This document shows, one piece after another, positions 26,988 to 36,533 of a stretch of 64,000 bases of DNA (position 1 is its first letter; the number at the start of each line of letters is the position of its first letter). Source of the stretch: an uncultured virus (IMG/VR IMGVR_UViG_3300006137_000088) (taxonomy: Duplodnaviria; Heunggongvirae; Uroviricota; Caudoviricetes); the IMG/VR virus record IMGVR_UViG_3300006137_000088; one strand, given 5' to 3'. The translations under genes and the position numbers were made by a program. The notes beneath the pieces were generated by a model that saw nothing but the letters and a program-made list of their open reading frames with translations, was not told the origin of the DNA and did no database searches.

Positions 26988-28007
26988 TTAGTCTTCAAGT
27001 TTGGGACACTCCATGCCGTACTCCTCTTTGAACAGACGCATATATTCGCCGGGGTTGTTCTTGCGGAGCTCCAGGCGCTCGGCCTCGGGCACCTCGCTGA
27101 GCTTGGTGTAGGTCTTGGGCGCTTCTCCGGCGCCGGGGGCTGACTGTTTGCCCAGGTTGATAACCTCGCCGGGCTTCTGCTGGGGGCGCATGGTGCTGAG
27201 CGTGTCGCGGAGCATCTGCACGCCGGCACTCTTGCCCAGCTTGATAAAGTGGTCGCGCTGCTCTGCCAGGATTCGGCGCTCTGCCACTGCCTGGTCCACC
27301 GCCTGCGTTACGGCTGCCAGCTGGATTTGCTCGGCGTTGTCGGCGCGCCCTTTCATCAGGTTAAGCGCGGCGGTCGCCTGTTCCTCGGTTGCCGTTTCGG
27401 GAAGCCCGAGGAGTGCTAACTGTTCTTTTGTCATTTTTGTTAAATTGATTTTGGGGTTATTGTTTTCCTCGCCCTCTCCGGTGTTGGCCGGTTCGGGGTC
27501 GGCTTCTTTTCTCTCCTGGAGCAACGGCAGTCCGGGGCTGTCCTCACCGGCGGCAAGTTTCAGCAGTTTGCCCTCCTGCCCGTAAAGTTGCAGGGCCTCG
27601 TCGTTGCCGCCTATATCCACGATGCTGACCTCTACCAGCTTTGACCGGCTTACGGTCTCGCGCGTCTGTCCGGGCAACACCAGCGCGGGGTCGGGTGTGG
27701 TCTCTATCGGCTCCAGCCCGGCGCTCGCCATGCGCAGATAACCGTTTTCCCACTTGCTCTCTATCCGCTTGGCAAAGTCGTCGTTCTGGTCAAATACCGG
27801 GGTGCCTATCAGCTTGCCATCCTCTACGCGCAGATTTTCGACCTTGCCTATCGGCATGGCTCCCGGCTCCCAGCTCCTACGGTGCATCCATAGCAGCACG
27901 GGGTTGCGCTCGTACTGGCTCAGGTCTATGCCGTCGGTCAGTACGCGGCTGCCGTAACTGTTCACGGCTTCGGTGCTTATGATTACCTCTTTCATTGTCA
28001 ATTTCAA
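26988..28007 (-). CDS. Prohead protease / scaffold
   Basis: NPVLLWMH, PIGK, LRMAS.G, LVEVSIVDIGGN. Confidence 0.85.
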   Translation of the reverse strand: MKLTMKEVIISTEAVNSYGSRVLTDGIDLSQYERNPVLLWMHRRSWEPGAMPIGKVENLRVEDGKLIGTPVFDQNDDFAKRIESKWENGYLRMASAGLEPIETTPDPALVLPGQTRETVSRSKLVEVSIVDIGGNDEALQLYGQEGKLLKLAAGEDSPGLPLLQERKEADPEPANTGEGEENNNPKINLTKMTKEQLALLGLPETATEEQATAALNLMKGRADNAEQIQLAAVTQAVDQAVAERRILAEQRDHFIKLGKSAGVQMLRDTLSTMRPQQKPGEVINLGKQSAPGAGEAPKTYTKLSEVPEAERLELRKNNPGEYMRLFKEEYGMECPKLED

Positions 28008-28108
28008 AAAAGCCGGGGGCGCGGCGGCGCGATGGTGGGTGGAGGGGGGTGTGTCCGCCGCGCCCGGGCTTCACTTATTCAATCTTTTTTACCTTGCTTT
28101 GATTGTTG

Positions 28109-28181
28109 TTGCGGCGGCAGGATTTGAACCTGCGACCTCCGGGGAATGAGCCCGGCGAGCTGGCCTCTGCTCTACGCCGCG
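28109..28181 (-). tRNA. tRNA-Met(CAT), initiator-like, atypical anticodon loop
   Basis: Cloverleaf: acceptor CGCGGCG/CGCCGCA with C1:A72 mismatch, anticodon stem CCGGG/CCCGG, loop CTCATTC, T arm GCAGG-TTCAAAT-CCTGC; no encoded CCA. Confidence 0.75.
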
Positions 28182-28237
28182 ATATAGCTTTTATGTCGTT
28201 CTGCGCTGCAAAGTTGAGGATAGTTCACAACCCTAAC

Positions 28238-28268
28238 AAAAAGAGTGTAAAACTTTTACACTCTTTTT
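28238..28268. promoter_or_regulatory. Palindrome between divergent late operons
   Basis: AAAAAGAGTGTAAAA-C-TTTTACACTCTTTTT, flanked by divergent CAACTTTGC (near-consensus -7) elements. Confidence 0.65.
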
Positions 28269-28357
28269 TATTATAGTGTGATTTTCCCCCAACTTTGCAC
28301 CGTGAAAGCGTGCCCGCAGTGGGCGCGCTGCATCTAATTCAGGTAATTTTATTATGA

Positions 28358-28828
28358 ATGGCTACTAAAAAAGACCGTGAGCAGCAGCGCGAACACGCCC
28401 GCCTGCTCTACATGCAGGGGGAGCCGCAGAAGTCCATTGCCGAAAAGGTCGGCGTGTCCGCACAGACTGTTACTAAATGGGTCGCAGACGGCGGCTGGGA
28501 ACAGGCCCGCGCCGCCGCCAACATCACACGCCCGGAACTGGTCAACAAGATACTTAACAGCATTAACGTGCTGCTTGAGGATTTGGCCGCGGACCCCTCC
28601 CCGGAGAAAACTGCGGCGAGTGCCGACAAGCTGGTCAAGTTCGCCGCCACCGTTGAACGCCTCGACAAAAAAACATCAGTCGTTGATGTCATTGAGGTTT
28701 TTATGGCTTTCAGCAAATGGCTGCAATACCGCATGAGCTTCGACCCCAATGTTACCCCGGAACTGCTCAAAACAATAAATCATTATCACGACCTTTTCAT
28801 TTCCGAAAAGCTCAAAGAAAGTTTTTAA
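28358..28828 (+). CDS. Terminase small subunit-like HTH protein (Mu gp27/DUF1804-like)
   Basis: ARLLYMQG..QKSIAEKVGVSAQTVTKW; precedes TerL. Confidence 0.8.
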   Translation: MATKKDREQQREHARLLYMQGEPQKSIAEKVGVSAQTVTKWVADGGWEQARAAANITRPELVNKILNSINVLLEDLAADPSPEKTAASADKLVKFAATVERLDKKTSVVDVIEVFMAFSKWLQYRMSFDPNVTPELLKTINHYHDLFISEKLKESF

Positions 28829-28831
28829 CGC

Positions 28832-30415
28832 ATGGCTACGAAAGCGGAGATATTAAAAGCACGCGAAAAGTGGAAACAGCACTGCGAGACGGTCCAGGCC
28901 GCCACCGCCGTAAACATAAACGAAACAGCCGAGCAGCGCCTTGCGCGTCTGCGCCGGCTGCTGCTGAATTATGCCGATTTCGTAGATCACTATTTCCCCC
29001 ACTGGACCGAAAACCCCGAAACGGGGCAGTCGACGCCCTGCGCGCCGTTCCATATCGATGCCGCCAACAAAATAAGGAAAAACCGCAACCTCAAGGCCGG
29101 TTTTGTCTGGCACCGTGGCGCGGCAAAATCCACCAACATGGACGTATTTATCCCCATGTGGCTTATGGCGTGGGACATTCTCGGTGCTGAGATTTTCGGC
29201 ACTGCCAAAGTCAAGGGGCGCGAAATAAATGTCATGGTGCTGGTCGGCAAGTCTGAGGACAACGCAAAAACCCTGCTCGGCGACATTCAGGCCGAATTAC
29301 AGTACAACCAGCGTTATATTGCCGATTTCGGCGAACAGTACAACGCCGGATCCTGGGAAGAGGGCGAGTTTGTAACCCGTTCCGAAGTGGCGTTTTTTGC
29401 CCGTGGTCGCGGTCAGTCCCCACGCGGTCTGCGCTACCGCTCACACCGCCCCGATTATGTCGTTATCGACGACCTCGACGATGACGAGCTGGTGGAAAGT
29501 CCCGCCCGTGTCTCTAAACTGTTCGACTGGGTGCGCTCCGCTCTGTTCGGCACTCTCGACGGCGGCCGCGGTCGCTTTTTCATGGTTGGCAACCTCATTG
29601 CAAAAAATTCCGTCCTGGCGAAGTGGTGCGAGATTAAGACTGTCCACGTTACCCGCGTAAACATCTACGACCGCGCCGGCAAAATCTCATGGGCTGCCAA
29701 ATGGACCCCTGCCGAAGTGCAGGACCTTGCAGCCGTCGCCGGTTATCGCGCTTTTCAAAAGGAATACATGAACAACCCAATTATCGAGGGTGCCGTGTTC
29801 AAAAATGAGTGGATCCGCTGGGGCAAACGCCCGGCTTGGTCCAAATTCTCCGAAATTGTCCTCTATATCGACCCCAGCTTCAAGGGCTCCACCAAAAACG
29901 ACTTTAAGGCCGCGAAGCTCTGGGGCAAGGTCGGTTCCCAGCTCTGGCACCTCCGCGCTTTTGTCCGGCAGTGTTCCGTGGCCGAAATGGTCCGCTGGTG
30001 TTATGACCTCTACGAGTGGGCGCGCGCCCAGGGCATTGCCGTGCGCTGGTACATGGAGGCCAATTTCATGCAGGACACTATACTTGATGAGTTCCGCCGC
30101 GAGGGGGAACTGCGCGGCTACCAGCTCCCCATTACCGGCGATAAGCGCAAAAAGCCCGACAAGTTCCAGCGTGTCGAAGCTGTCAGCCCCCTGTGGGAAC
30201 GCGGCTTTGTTACCTACGACGACTCCCAGCGCGACGACCCCGACATGCTCGCCGGCATTGACCAGACTCTTGCTTTTGAAAAAGGTATGCGCGGCCACGA
30301 CGACGCCCCCGATGCCGACGAGGGCGCTATCTGGATTTTACAGCGTGATACCCGCGTCCAATCTTTCACCCCCTCTTTCGGCATGAGGAAAACAGCTAAA
30401 AATATATTATGGTAA
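28832..30415 (+). CDS. Terminase large subunit
   Basis: RGAAKST Walker A-like, VVIDDLDD Walker B, YIDPS and HDDAPDA nuclease motifs. Confidence 0.92.
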   Translation: MATKAEILKAREKWKQHCETVQAATAVNINETAEQRLARLRRLLLNYADFVDHYFPHWTENPETGQSTPCAPFHIDAANKIRKNRNLKAGFVWHRGAAKSTNMDVFIPMWLMAWDILGAEIFGTAKVKGREINVMVLVGKSEDNAKTLLGDIQAELQYNQRYIADFGEQYNAGSWEEGEFVTRSEVAFFARGRGQSPRGLRYRSHRPDYVVIDDLDDDELVESPARVSKLFDWVRSALFGTLDGGRGRFFMVGNLIAKNSVLAKWCEIKTVHVTRVNIYDRAGKISWAAKWTPAEVQDLAAVAGYRAFQKEYMNNPIIEGAVFKNEWIRWGKRPAWSKFSEIVLYIDPSFKGSTKNDFKAAKLWGKVGSQLWHLRAFVRQCSVAEMVRWCYDLYEWARAQGIAVRWYMEANFMQDTILDEFRREGELRGYQLPITGDKRKKPDKFQRVEAVSPLWERGFVTYDDSQRDDPDMLAGIDQTLAFEKGMRGHDDAPDADEGAIWILQRDTRVQSFTPSFGMRKTAKNILW

Positions 30416-30666
30416 TTCTCGACTATCTCCGCGCCCTCCTGTTCGACTGGCGCAAAAAACGTGCGATCGGCGAAGCCCGCCGCTCCGCTGACCTCTACCG
30501 CAAAAAGTTCCTGGTGCTCGTGTACCAGGGGCGCCCCGTCTGCGTTTCCATGCAGGGCGTGAAGCAGCTGATCCGGCAAAAGCGTTTCCCCGGTCTGACC
30601 GCTGAAAAGGCCCGCCAGATTGCCATTTATGAAGCAACCCCCAAAACCTCGCGCACATGTTCCTGA
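30409..30666 (+). CDS. Hypothetical protein
   Basis: 85 aa, overlaps both neighbours. Confidence 0.65.
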   Translation: MVILDYLRALLFDWRKKRAIGEARRSADLYRKKFLVLVYQGRPVCVSMQGVKQLIRQKRFPGLTAEKARQIAIYEATPKTSRTCS

Positions 30667-31076
30667 CTGTTGAAGATTACCGCTCTGTCTGCGACGACTA
30701 CGAGTTTGAGCAGATAACCCAAAGCCCCGAAACGCGCGAAGTCGCCGAAGCCGCCGCACTGGAGCAGATTTCCTCCTATCTCCGAAGCCGTTACGACATT
30801 GACCGCGCTTTCGCCGCCTCAGGCTCGTGCCGTAATGCCATGCTGGTGCAGGTTGCCGTTAACATCTCCCTGTGGCTTATGGTCCACCGTCTTCCCCAGA
30901 ACATGGGCCATGAGCGCCGCGAGTGCCTCTATAACGATGCCGTTAAATGGCTCCGCGATGTCCAGAGCTCCAAAGCCTCCCCGGATCTCCCGCTTTATAT
31001 CTCCCCGGACGGAAACACCGACACCCGCAACCCCGTGCGCTCCGGCTCTATGCCCCCAAACAGATACGACTATTAA
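30657..31076 (+). CDS. Head-tail adaptor (Mu gp36/DUF1320-like)
   Basis: SYLRSRYD, YNDAVKWLRDV. Confidence 0.8.
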   Translation: MFLTVEDYRSVCDDYEFEQITQSPETREVAEAAALEQISSYLRSRYDIDRAFAASGSCRNAMLVQVAVNISLWLMVHRLPQNMGHERRECLYNDAVKWLRDVQSSKASPDLPLYISPDGNTDTRNPVRSGSMPPNRYDY

Positions 31077-31101
31077 ACACCCGTTAAACACCGTTTAAGC
31101 A

Positions 31102-32055
31102 ATGTTCAGACTGTGCGCAAAAGTTGAGATTAAGGGCGACCGCTCCTGGTCGCTCGACTTTGTTACTGCCGTGGAGATTACACGCGACACCGAAAAGCTC
31201 ACCGCCGAAGCCAAAATAACCCTGCCTAAAAAAATGAAGTGGGACGGCTCGGCTGAAATTCCGGTGCATCGCGGCGACAGTGTGCGCATATCCCTGGGCT
31301 ACGATGACAACTTACAACTGGCTTTTGTCGGCTGGGTGCGTGATGTCGGCTTCAAAACGCCCGTGGTCATTACTTGCGAGGACGATATGTTCAAGCTCAA
31401 ACAGATGCCGGCGGTCAAAAAGGCTTACCGTTCCGTTACCCTCGAAACATTGCTCAAGGACCAGGGAATTACCCACCGCCTCAACATCATGGGGGAACAG
31501 TCGCTCGGAGCTTACCGCGTTACCGCTGACACCGTGGCCTCTCTGCTCGGCAAACTGTCGGAACAGGGTATCCGCTCATTTTTCCGCTATGAGGACGGCG
31601 AGCCGGTGCTTTACTGCGGTGTGCTCTTTGAACGGGACAGCACCCCGGCGCAAGTGTTCAAAACCGGGCTTAACATCATTTCAGACCAGAGCCTCCAGCA
31701 GCAAAAGGCAGAAAATATGCGCCTGCGCGTTAAGGCGGTCAGCCTCATGCCTAATAATAAAAAAATCAAGGTTGAGGTCGGCGACAGCGACGGTGAACAC
31801 CGTACCCTGCACACCTACAACAAAACCGAAAGCGAGTTGAAAGCCTGGGCCCAGCAGGAAATAAAACGCCTGAAACGCGACGGCCTCACCGGCTCTTTTA
31901 CCACTTTCGGTTATAAGCTCGTGGACCCTCTCGACGCTATCGGCTTAATTATCGACGGCACAAAAATGGGCGTGTACCAGGTTAAAAAAGTAGTGATCAA
32001 ATACGGCGACGGCGGCTTCCGTCAGGAAATAACCCTCGGTCTCCGCGTCGCTTAA
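31102..32055 (+). CDS. Baseplate hub / tail protein (gp44/gpD-like)
   Basis: GDSVRISLGYD, CEDDMFKLK, GLTGSFTTFG. Confidence 0.7.
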   Translation: MFRLCAKVEIKGDRSWSLDFVTAVEITRDTEKLTAEAKITLPKKMKWDGSAEIPVHRGDSVRISLGYDDNLQLAFVGWVRDVGFKTPVVITCEDDMFKLKQMPAVKKAYRSVTLETLLKDQGITHRLNIMGEQSLGAYRVTADTVASLLGKLSEQGIRSFFRYEDGEPVLYCGVLFERDSTPAQVFKTGLNIISDQSLQQQKAENMRLRVKAVSLMPNNKKIKVEVGDSDGEHRTLHTYNKTESELKAWAQQEIKRLKRDGLTGSFTTFGYKLVDPLDAIGLIIDGTKMGVYQVKKVVIKYGDGGFRQEITLGLRVA

Positions 32056-32066
32056 TTCTTAATGTT

Positions 32067-32669
32067 ATGTCAGACTTACGAAACATTATCCGGCAGCTTG
32101 CACAGCCCGACGGCGAAACGGTCGCCCTGGTGTGCACCGTGGACGAAGTAGACAAAAACGCCCGCACCATTGACTGCACCCCCATAAATGAGGGCGCGCC
32201 CCTGCTCGGTGTCAATCTCCAGGCTAACCAGGAGGCTGACTATGGCTTTTGCCTGTTCCCGGAAAAAGGGTCGTTTGTGGTCGTCGGGTTTGTCGCAGAC
32301 GGCGCCGCCGGGGTGGTGCTGCTCACTGAAAAAATTGAGTCCGCCGAAATTGTGATCGGCGACACCTCCGCCGTCATGGACGCCGACGGCCTCCGCATCA
32401 AAACCGAAAAGATGTCAGCCGACATTAACCGCGAAAACATCATTTTTAACGGCGGCGACCTCGGCGGCCTTATAAAAATTGAGGATCTGACTAAACGCCT
32501 TAACCTGATTGAAAACGACATTAACAAGTTAAAAACCGCGATGTCCGGCTGGACCCCGGCACCTCAGGACGGTGGCGCGGCGCTCAAAACTGCCGCCGCC
32601 TCTTGGTTCGGCGCTCAGCTCACAACGACAAAACGCGGCGATTACGAAAACACCAAAATTAAGCAATGA
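32067..32669 (+). CDS. Baseplate spike (gp45/gpV-like)
   Basis: OB-fold-like N-terminus, P..GS.VVV, P.DGGAALK. Confidence 0.65.
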   Translation: MSDLRNIIRQLAQPDGETVALVCTVDEVDKNARTIDCTPINEGAPLLGVNLQANQEADYGFCLFPEKGSFVVVGFVADGAAGVVLLTEKIESAEIVIGDTSAVMDADGLRIKTEKMSADINRENIIFNGGDLGGLIKIEDLTKRLNLIENDINKLKTAMSGWTPAPQDGGAALKTAAASWFGAQLTTTKRGDYENTKIKQ

Positions 32670-32944
32670 ACGGTTTGCAGATTGATATTAACACCGGCGA
32701 CCTCCTTGTAGAGCGCTCCGCCGCTGTCGTCGCCGATGCCTCAGGCTTCATCGCCGAACTGGTGTTGCGCTCCTGTCGCGGCGAGTTCAAGGAACACCCC
32801 CTCCTCGGTGCCGAAGCTCCCCTTATGCTCGCCGGGGAGCCTGACCCGTTCTGGCCCGGCAACGCTAAAAAGATGCTCCGCGCCTGCGGCCTCGATGTCT
32901 CTAACCTCACACTGTCGCCCGACGGCGTGGTGCAAATTTCATAA
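32666..32944 (+). CDS. Baseplate gp46/gp25-like protein
   Basis: GEFKEHPLLG motif and gene context. Confidence 0.6.
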   Translation: MNGLQIDINTGDLLVERSAAVVADASGFIAELVLRSCRGEFKEHPLLGAEAPLMLAGEPDPFWPGNAKKMLRACGLDVSNLTLSPDGVVQIS

Positions 32945-32947
32945 GCT

Positions 32948-33379
32948 ATGCAGATAACAGTTAACGACCGCCAGACACTACTCGACATTGCTGTCATTGT
33001 CCTGGGCTCCGCCGCCGGCGTGTTCGCCCTGGCGCAGCGCAACGGTCTGCCCGTTACCGCTACGCTCGCCGACGGCCAGACGCTCAACTATGAGCTGGAA
33101 GATGTCGTCAGCCCTGCCGTCCGCTCGGCCTACGCCCTCCGGCATATCTGCCCGGCCACTGACATAGACCCCTCCGAATATAAGGAGTTGCTCTATCAGA
33201 CCGGCACAAAACGCCCGTCTGTACTGCGCCCCTGGATAGACCGTAACGACGATGCCCTCGTGCTCGACAAGGTGGACGAAGTGCTTGACCTGCTCGACCG
33301 CAAAGAACCTGTCAAGGTAGAAAGCAAACAGCAGTTCACACGCATTTTCTCCGACCCGTTCAGCGAAGTTTTTTCATAA
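32948..33379 (+). CDS. LysM-like baseplate protein
   Basis: QTLLDIAV..LGS...LA..N. Confidence 0.6.
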   Translation: MQITVNDRQTLLDIAVIVLGSAAGVFALAQRNGLPVTATLADGQTLNYELEDVVSPAVRSAYALRHICPATDIDPSEYKELLYQTGTKRPSVLRPWIDRNDDALVLDKVDEVLDLLDRKEPVKVESKQQFTRIFSDPFSEVFS

Positions 33380-33397
33380 TCTTAACCCCTCACAAAT

Positions 33398-34054
33398 ATG
33401 GCCCAACTCACAGAAAACAATTTGCAGCTGCTTGACACCGCCGACCTCCTGGCGCGCGCCGAAGCTATCCGCGACGCCGTGCAGGCTAAAACTATATCGG
33501 CCCAGCAGGTGGGACAGCTCTTTTGCGACCTTACGGAAGCCTGCGGCGATATTAACAAGGCCGTGCGCCTGTTCCTCTCCGTGAACGTGCCGGAACTGCA
33601 AAACGACATTGACGCACGCCTCGCCGGTGCCGACGCTGCCGCCGCCAATGCCGCCGCCGAAATTCAGCGGTCAGAACAGACCCGCGCATTGGTGGAGGCT
33701 CTCGTGGCGAAGCTCTCCACCCAAAACCTCAATGCCCCGGAGCGTGTGGATATTACCTCGGTGCCGGCGGTCGTTACTATCTCCAACCCCGTGCGGCAGA
33801 AAATCGGCGCGGCCCTTTTCCCGCGCTTCGGCCTCGGTTCTGTCCTGTTCATCAGCGACCACAAGGCGGTCGAAGTTACCCCCGACGGCTTTGTGCGGCC
33901 CGTTGCACTCGGCCGCTCTACGGTCCACGCTGTCGCCACGGCTGACACATCGGTTTATAAATCTCTTTGCATTGAAGTGGTGCCACCACGCCTGCGCCTC
34001 ACTGCGGCCGGTGCCCTCCGCCTCGACGGCAAAGGTAACATAAGGCTTACATAA
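33398..34054 (+). CDS. Virion protein with C-terminal Ig-like domain
   Basis: VTPDG.V.PV..G...VH; ends RLDGKGNIRLT. Confidence 0.6.
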   Translation: MAQLTENNLQLLDTADLLARAEAIRDAVQAKTISAQQVGQLFCDLTEACGDINKAVRLFLSVNVPELQNDIDARLAGADAAAANAAAEIQRSEQTRALVEALVAKLSTQNLNAPERVDITSVPAVVTISNPVRQKIGAALFPRFGLGSVLFISDHKAVEVTPDGFVRPVALGRSTVHAVATADTSVYKSLCIEVVPPRLRLTAAGALRLDGKGNIRLT

Positions 34055-35268
34055 TGGACTCTATCAGACATATAAACTACAAAAGCGATTTCATTGTCCG
34101 CGAGCGCTTCCGCGATGCCGCCGGGGCTTTTGTCGCTATCCCTGCCGAAGTCGATTTTGAGCTGCGCTACTGGGTAAAGCCGGGGCGGCAGTTCATAGCC
34201 TCCCGTGTCGGCGGCGAGTACACTAATTGCACGCCCGACGGCGATGCCCTCCTGGTCATTTTCAAGGATCACGGCTTTTGCGAGGGTGTGCTGAAACATG
34301 AATTGCACCTGCGGCTGGTCAACGGCTTTATGCCCGACGGCGTGCAGAATGTCTATTACCCCGAAGACATGGCCGTGCAGCTCTGGCACCTCGGCGACGA
34401 TGCTCTGGGCGTTATCGAGTCCGGCGTGGTGGCTGCCTATACCCGCGGCCTGCCGTTCACTTTCGACGATTTTACGCCGGCGCAGATTGAGATCCTCCAG
34501 CGTCCGGCTCTTGAAGCTGCCGAAAAAGCGGACGCCGCGACCACCAGGGCCAACACTGCCGCTGCCAAAGCGGAGCGACTGACCGGGGAACTGTCGCGCA
34601 CAGGCGCAAGGGTTTTCAAGGATTGCACCGACGCCACCTCTGACGCTCAGACCGCCACGCGCAACGCCGACACCGCAACCGCCGACGCTCAGGCGGCAAC
34701 CACTGCCGCCTGCGATGCCACCGACAAAGTGCTGAAACAGGCACAGGAACTTGACACCACCTCCGCAGCTGCCGTCCGAGATTGCAACACCGCCAAAACT
34801 GCCGCCGACAAGTCAAAGGCAGCCGCCGACATTGCCGCGAAGTCTGCCACTGACGCGGCCACTGCGACAAACGCCCAGCGTGAGCTCACGGAACAGAGCC
34901 GCCAGCGCCTCGAAGCGGTCGCCGACCGTGCGGAACTGGCAGCCGCCCCGGTGCCCGACGGCCTCCGCGTCGATTGCCCGGCACAGCTCACTCTCGGCAA
35001 CCCTGTGCCGCGTTTCATCAGTGCCCGCGTGCTGCCACCCTCCGCACTCCAGAATGTCATTTACCAGGCTTTCGGCGGTGCTGCCGGAGTGGAGCCCGAC
35101 GGCAGGATTCTGCCGTTCCGTCCCGGCATTGCCCGCGTCCATGTCATACCCACCGGCGGCACGCGCTTCTATAAGACCGTAACTGTGCAGGTGGTCGCCC
35201 CGGCTCTCCGGCTTGCCGCGCCGGGCGTCCTCCGCCTCGACAGTGCCGGCAATATCCGTTTAACTTAA
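34054..35268 (+). CDS. Virion protein with Ala-rich coiled stalk and Ig-like C-terminus
   Basis: A/T/D-rich repeats; VEPDGRI.P..PG...VH; ends RLDSAGNIRLT. Confidence 0.65.
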   Translation: MDSIRHINYKSDFIVRERFRDAAGAFVAIPAEVDFELRYWVKPGRQFIASRVGGEYTNCTPDGDALLVIFKDHGFCEGVLKHELHLRLVNGFMPDGVQNVYYPEDMAVQLWHLGDDALGVIESGVVAAYTRGLPFTFDDFTPAQIEILQRPALEAAEKADAATTRANTAAAKAERLTGELSRTGARVFKDCTDATSDAQTATRNADTATADAQAATTAACDATDKVLKQAQELDTTSAAAVRDCNTAKTAADKSKAAADIAAKSATDAATATNAQRELTEQSRQRLEAVADRAELAAAPVPDGLRVDCPAQLTLGNPVPRFISARVLPPSALQNVIYQAFGGAAGVEPDGRILPFRPGIARVHVIPTGGTRFYKTVTVQVVAPALRLAAPGVLRLDSAGNIRLT

Positions 35269-35280
35269 CATCTCCGTATA

Positions 35281-36525
35281 ATGGCCAATATAATCACAAG
35301 CATTCGCGACTGGTTCGACCGCCCCACGCGCGCCGAAGTCATGACCCTGGCGCGAATGGCTTCCAGCAAACAGGGTCTCAAGATAACCGCGCAGCTGCTC
35401 CAGCAGACCGACACACTCACTAAAAAGGACATTAACGACTGGCGCAACGCCCACCAGGTCGCACTCGACTACGAAAACCCAAACCGCCAGCGGCTTTATG
35501 ACATTTACGCCGACTGTGAGCTCGACGCCCACCTCTCCGGCTGTATCGCCCAGCGCAAGGGCAAAGTGCTGCAAAAGGATTTCCGCCTCGTCGACAGCAA
35601 CGGCAAGGAAGATGTCGCCGCCACGGAACTGCTGCAACAGGAATGGTTCGCCGATTTCCTGGGCTATGTGCTGGACTCCGCATACTGGGGGCACTCGCTC
35701 ATACAGCTGGGCGATGTCATTCGCGGCGACGGCGTCATGCGTTACGACTGTGTGGAACTGGTGCCGCGTAAACATGTGATCCCGGAATATGGCCGCGTGG
35801 TCATTAACCCCGGCGACGACTGGCGCAGCGGCATTCCGTACCGCGAGGGCGATTTTGCCAACTGGTGCGTGGAAGTGGGTAAGCCCCGCAACCTCGGCCT
35901 CCTGCTCAAATGTGCCTGCTCTTACATCAGCAAAAAGAATATGCTCACGTTCTGGGATATGTTCGGGGAGATATTCGGCCAGCCTATGCGCATAGCCACT
36001 ACCAACAGCCCGGACGAAAGCGAGCGTGCCCGCGTGGAGCACGCGCTCGAAAACATGGGCGCGGCGTTCTGGGGTCTGTTCCCTGAGGGCACCAACATTG
36101 AGATCAAGGAAAGCAGCCGCGGCGATGCTTACAACGTGTTCGACCGCCGCATTGACCGCTGTAACTCGGAAATGTCAAAGGCCATTCTTAACCAGACCAT
36201 GACCATTGACTCCGGGTCCTCGCTCTCTCAGTCCGAGGTGCATCTTGAAATTTTTGAGCGTACCACCGAAGCCGACGCCACTATGGCCGGCTATACTGTA
36301 AACGGCCGGCTGCTCCCGCTCATGGCCGCCCACGGCTTCCCGGTCAAGGGCAAACGCTTTGTCTGGAACAATGCCGCCAGCTACACCCCGGCCGAACAGC
36401 GAGAGATTGAACGCCTGCTCCTGGAGTATTACGAAATTCCCGCCGACTATTTCACCGACAAATACGGCGTGGCCATTGACAAGCCCCGCGAAAGCAAGAC
36501 TCAGCCCGACCGTTTTTTCGACTGA
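35281..36525 (+). CDS. Portal protein (Mu gp29/DUF935)
   Basis: DAHLSGCI..RK, W..F.E.FGQP.R, EMSKAILNQTMT. Confidence 0.9.
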   Translation: MANIITSIRDWFDRPTRAEVMTLARMASSKQGLKITAQLLQQTDTLTKKDINDWRNAHQVALDYENPNRQRLYDIYADCELDAHLSGCIAQRKGKVLQKDFRLVDSNGKEDVAATELLQQEWFADFLGYVLDSAYWGHSLIQLGDVIRGDGVMRYDCVELVPRKHVIPEYGRVVINPGDDWRSGIPYREGDFANWCVEVGKPRNLGLLLKCACSYISKKNMLTFWDMFGEIFGQPMRIATTNSPDESERARVEHALENMGAAFWGLFPEGTNIEIKESSRGDAYNVFDRRIDRCNSEMSKAILNQTMTIDSGSSLSQSEVHLEIFERTTEADATMAGYTVNGRLLPLMAAHGFPVKGKRFVWNNAASYTPAEQREIERLLLEYYEIPADYFTDKYGVAIDKPRESKTQPDRFFD

Positions 36526-36533
36526 GCCCCGCC

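Noticed and set aside
28109..28181. tRNA as an integration site
   Set aside because: No duplicated 3' fragment and no tyrosine or serine integrase; the element moves by DDE transposition
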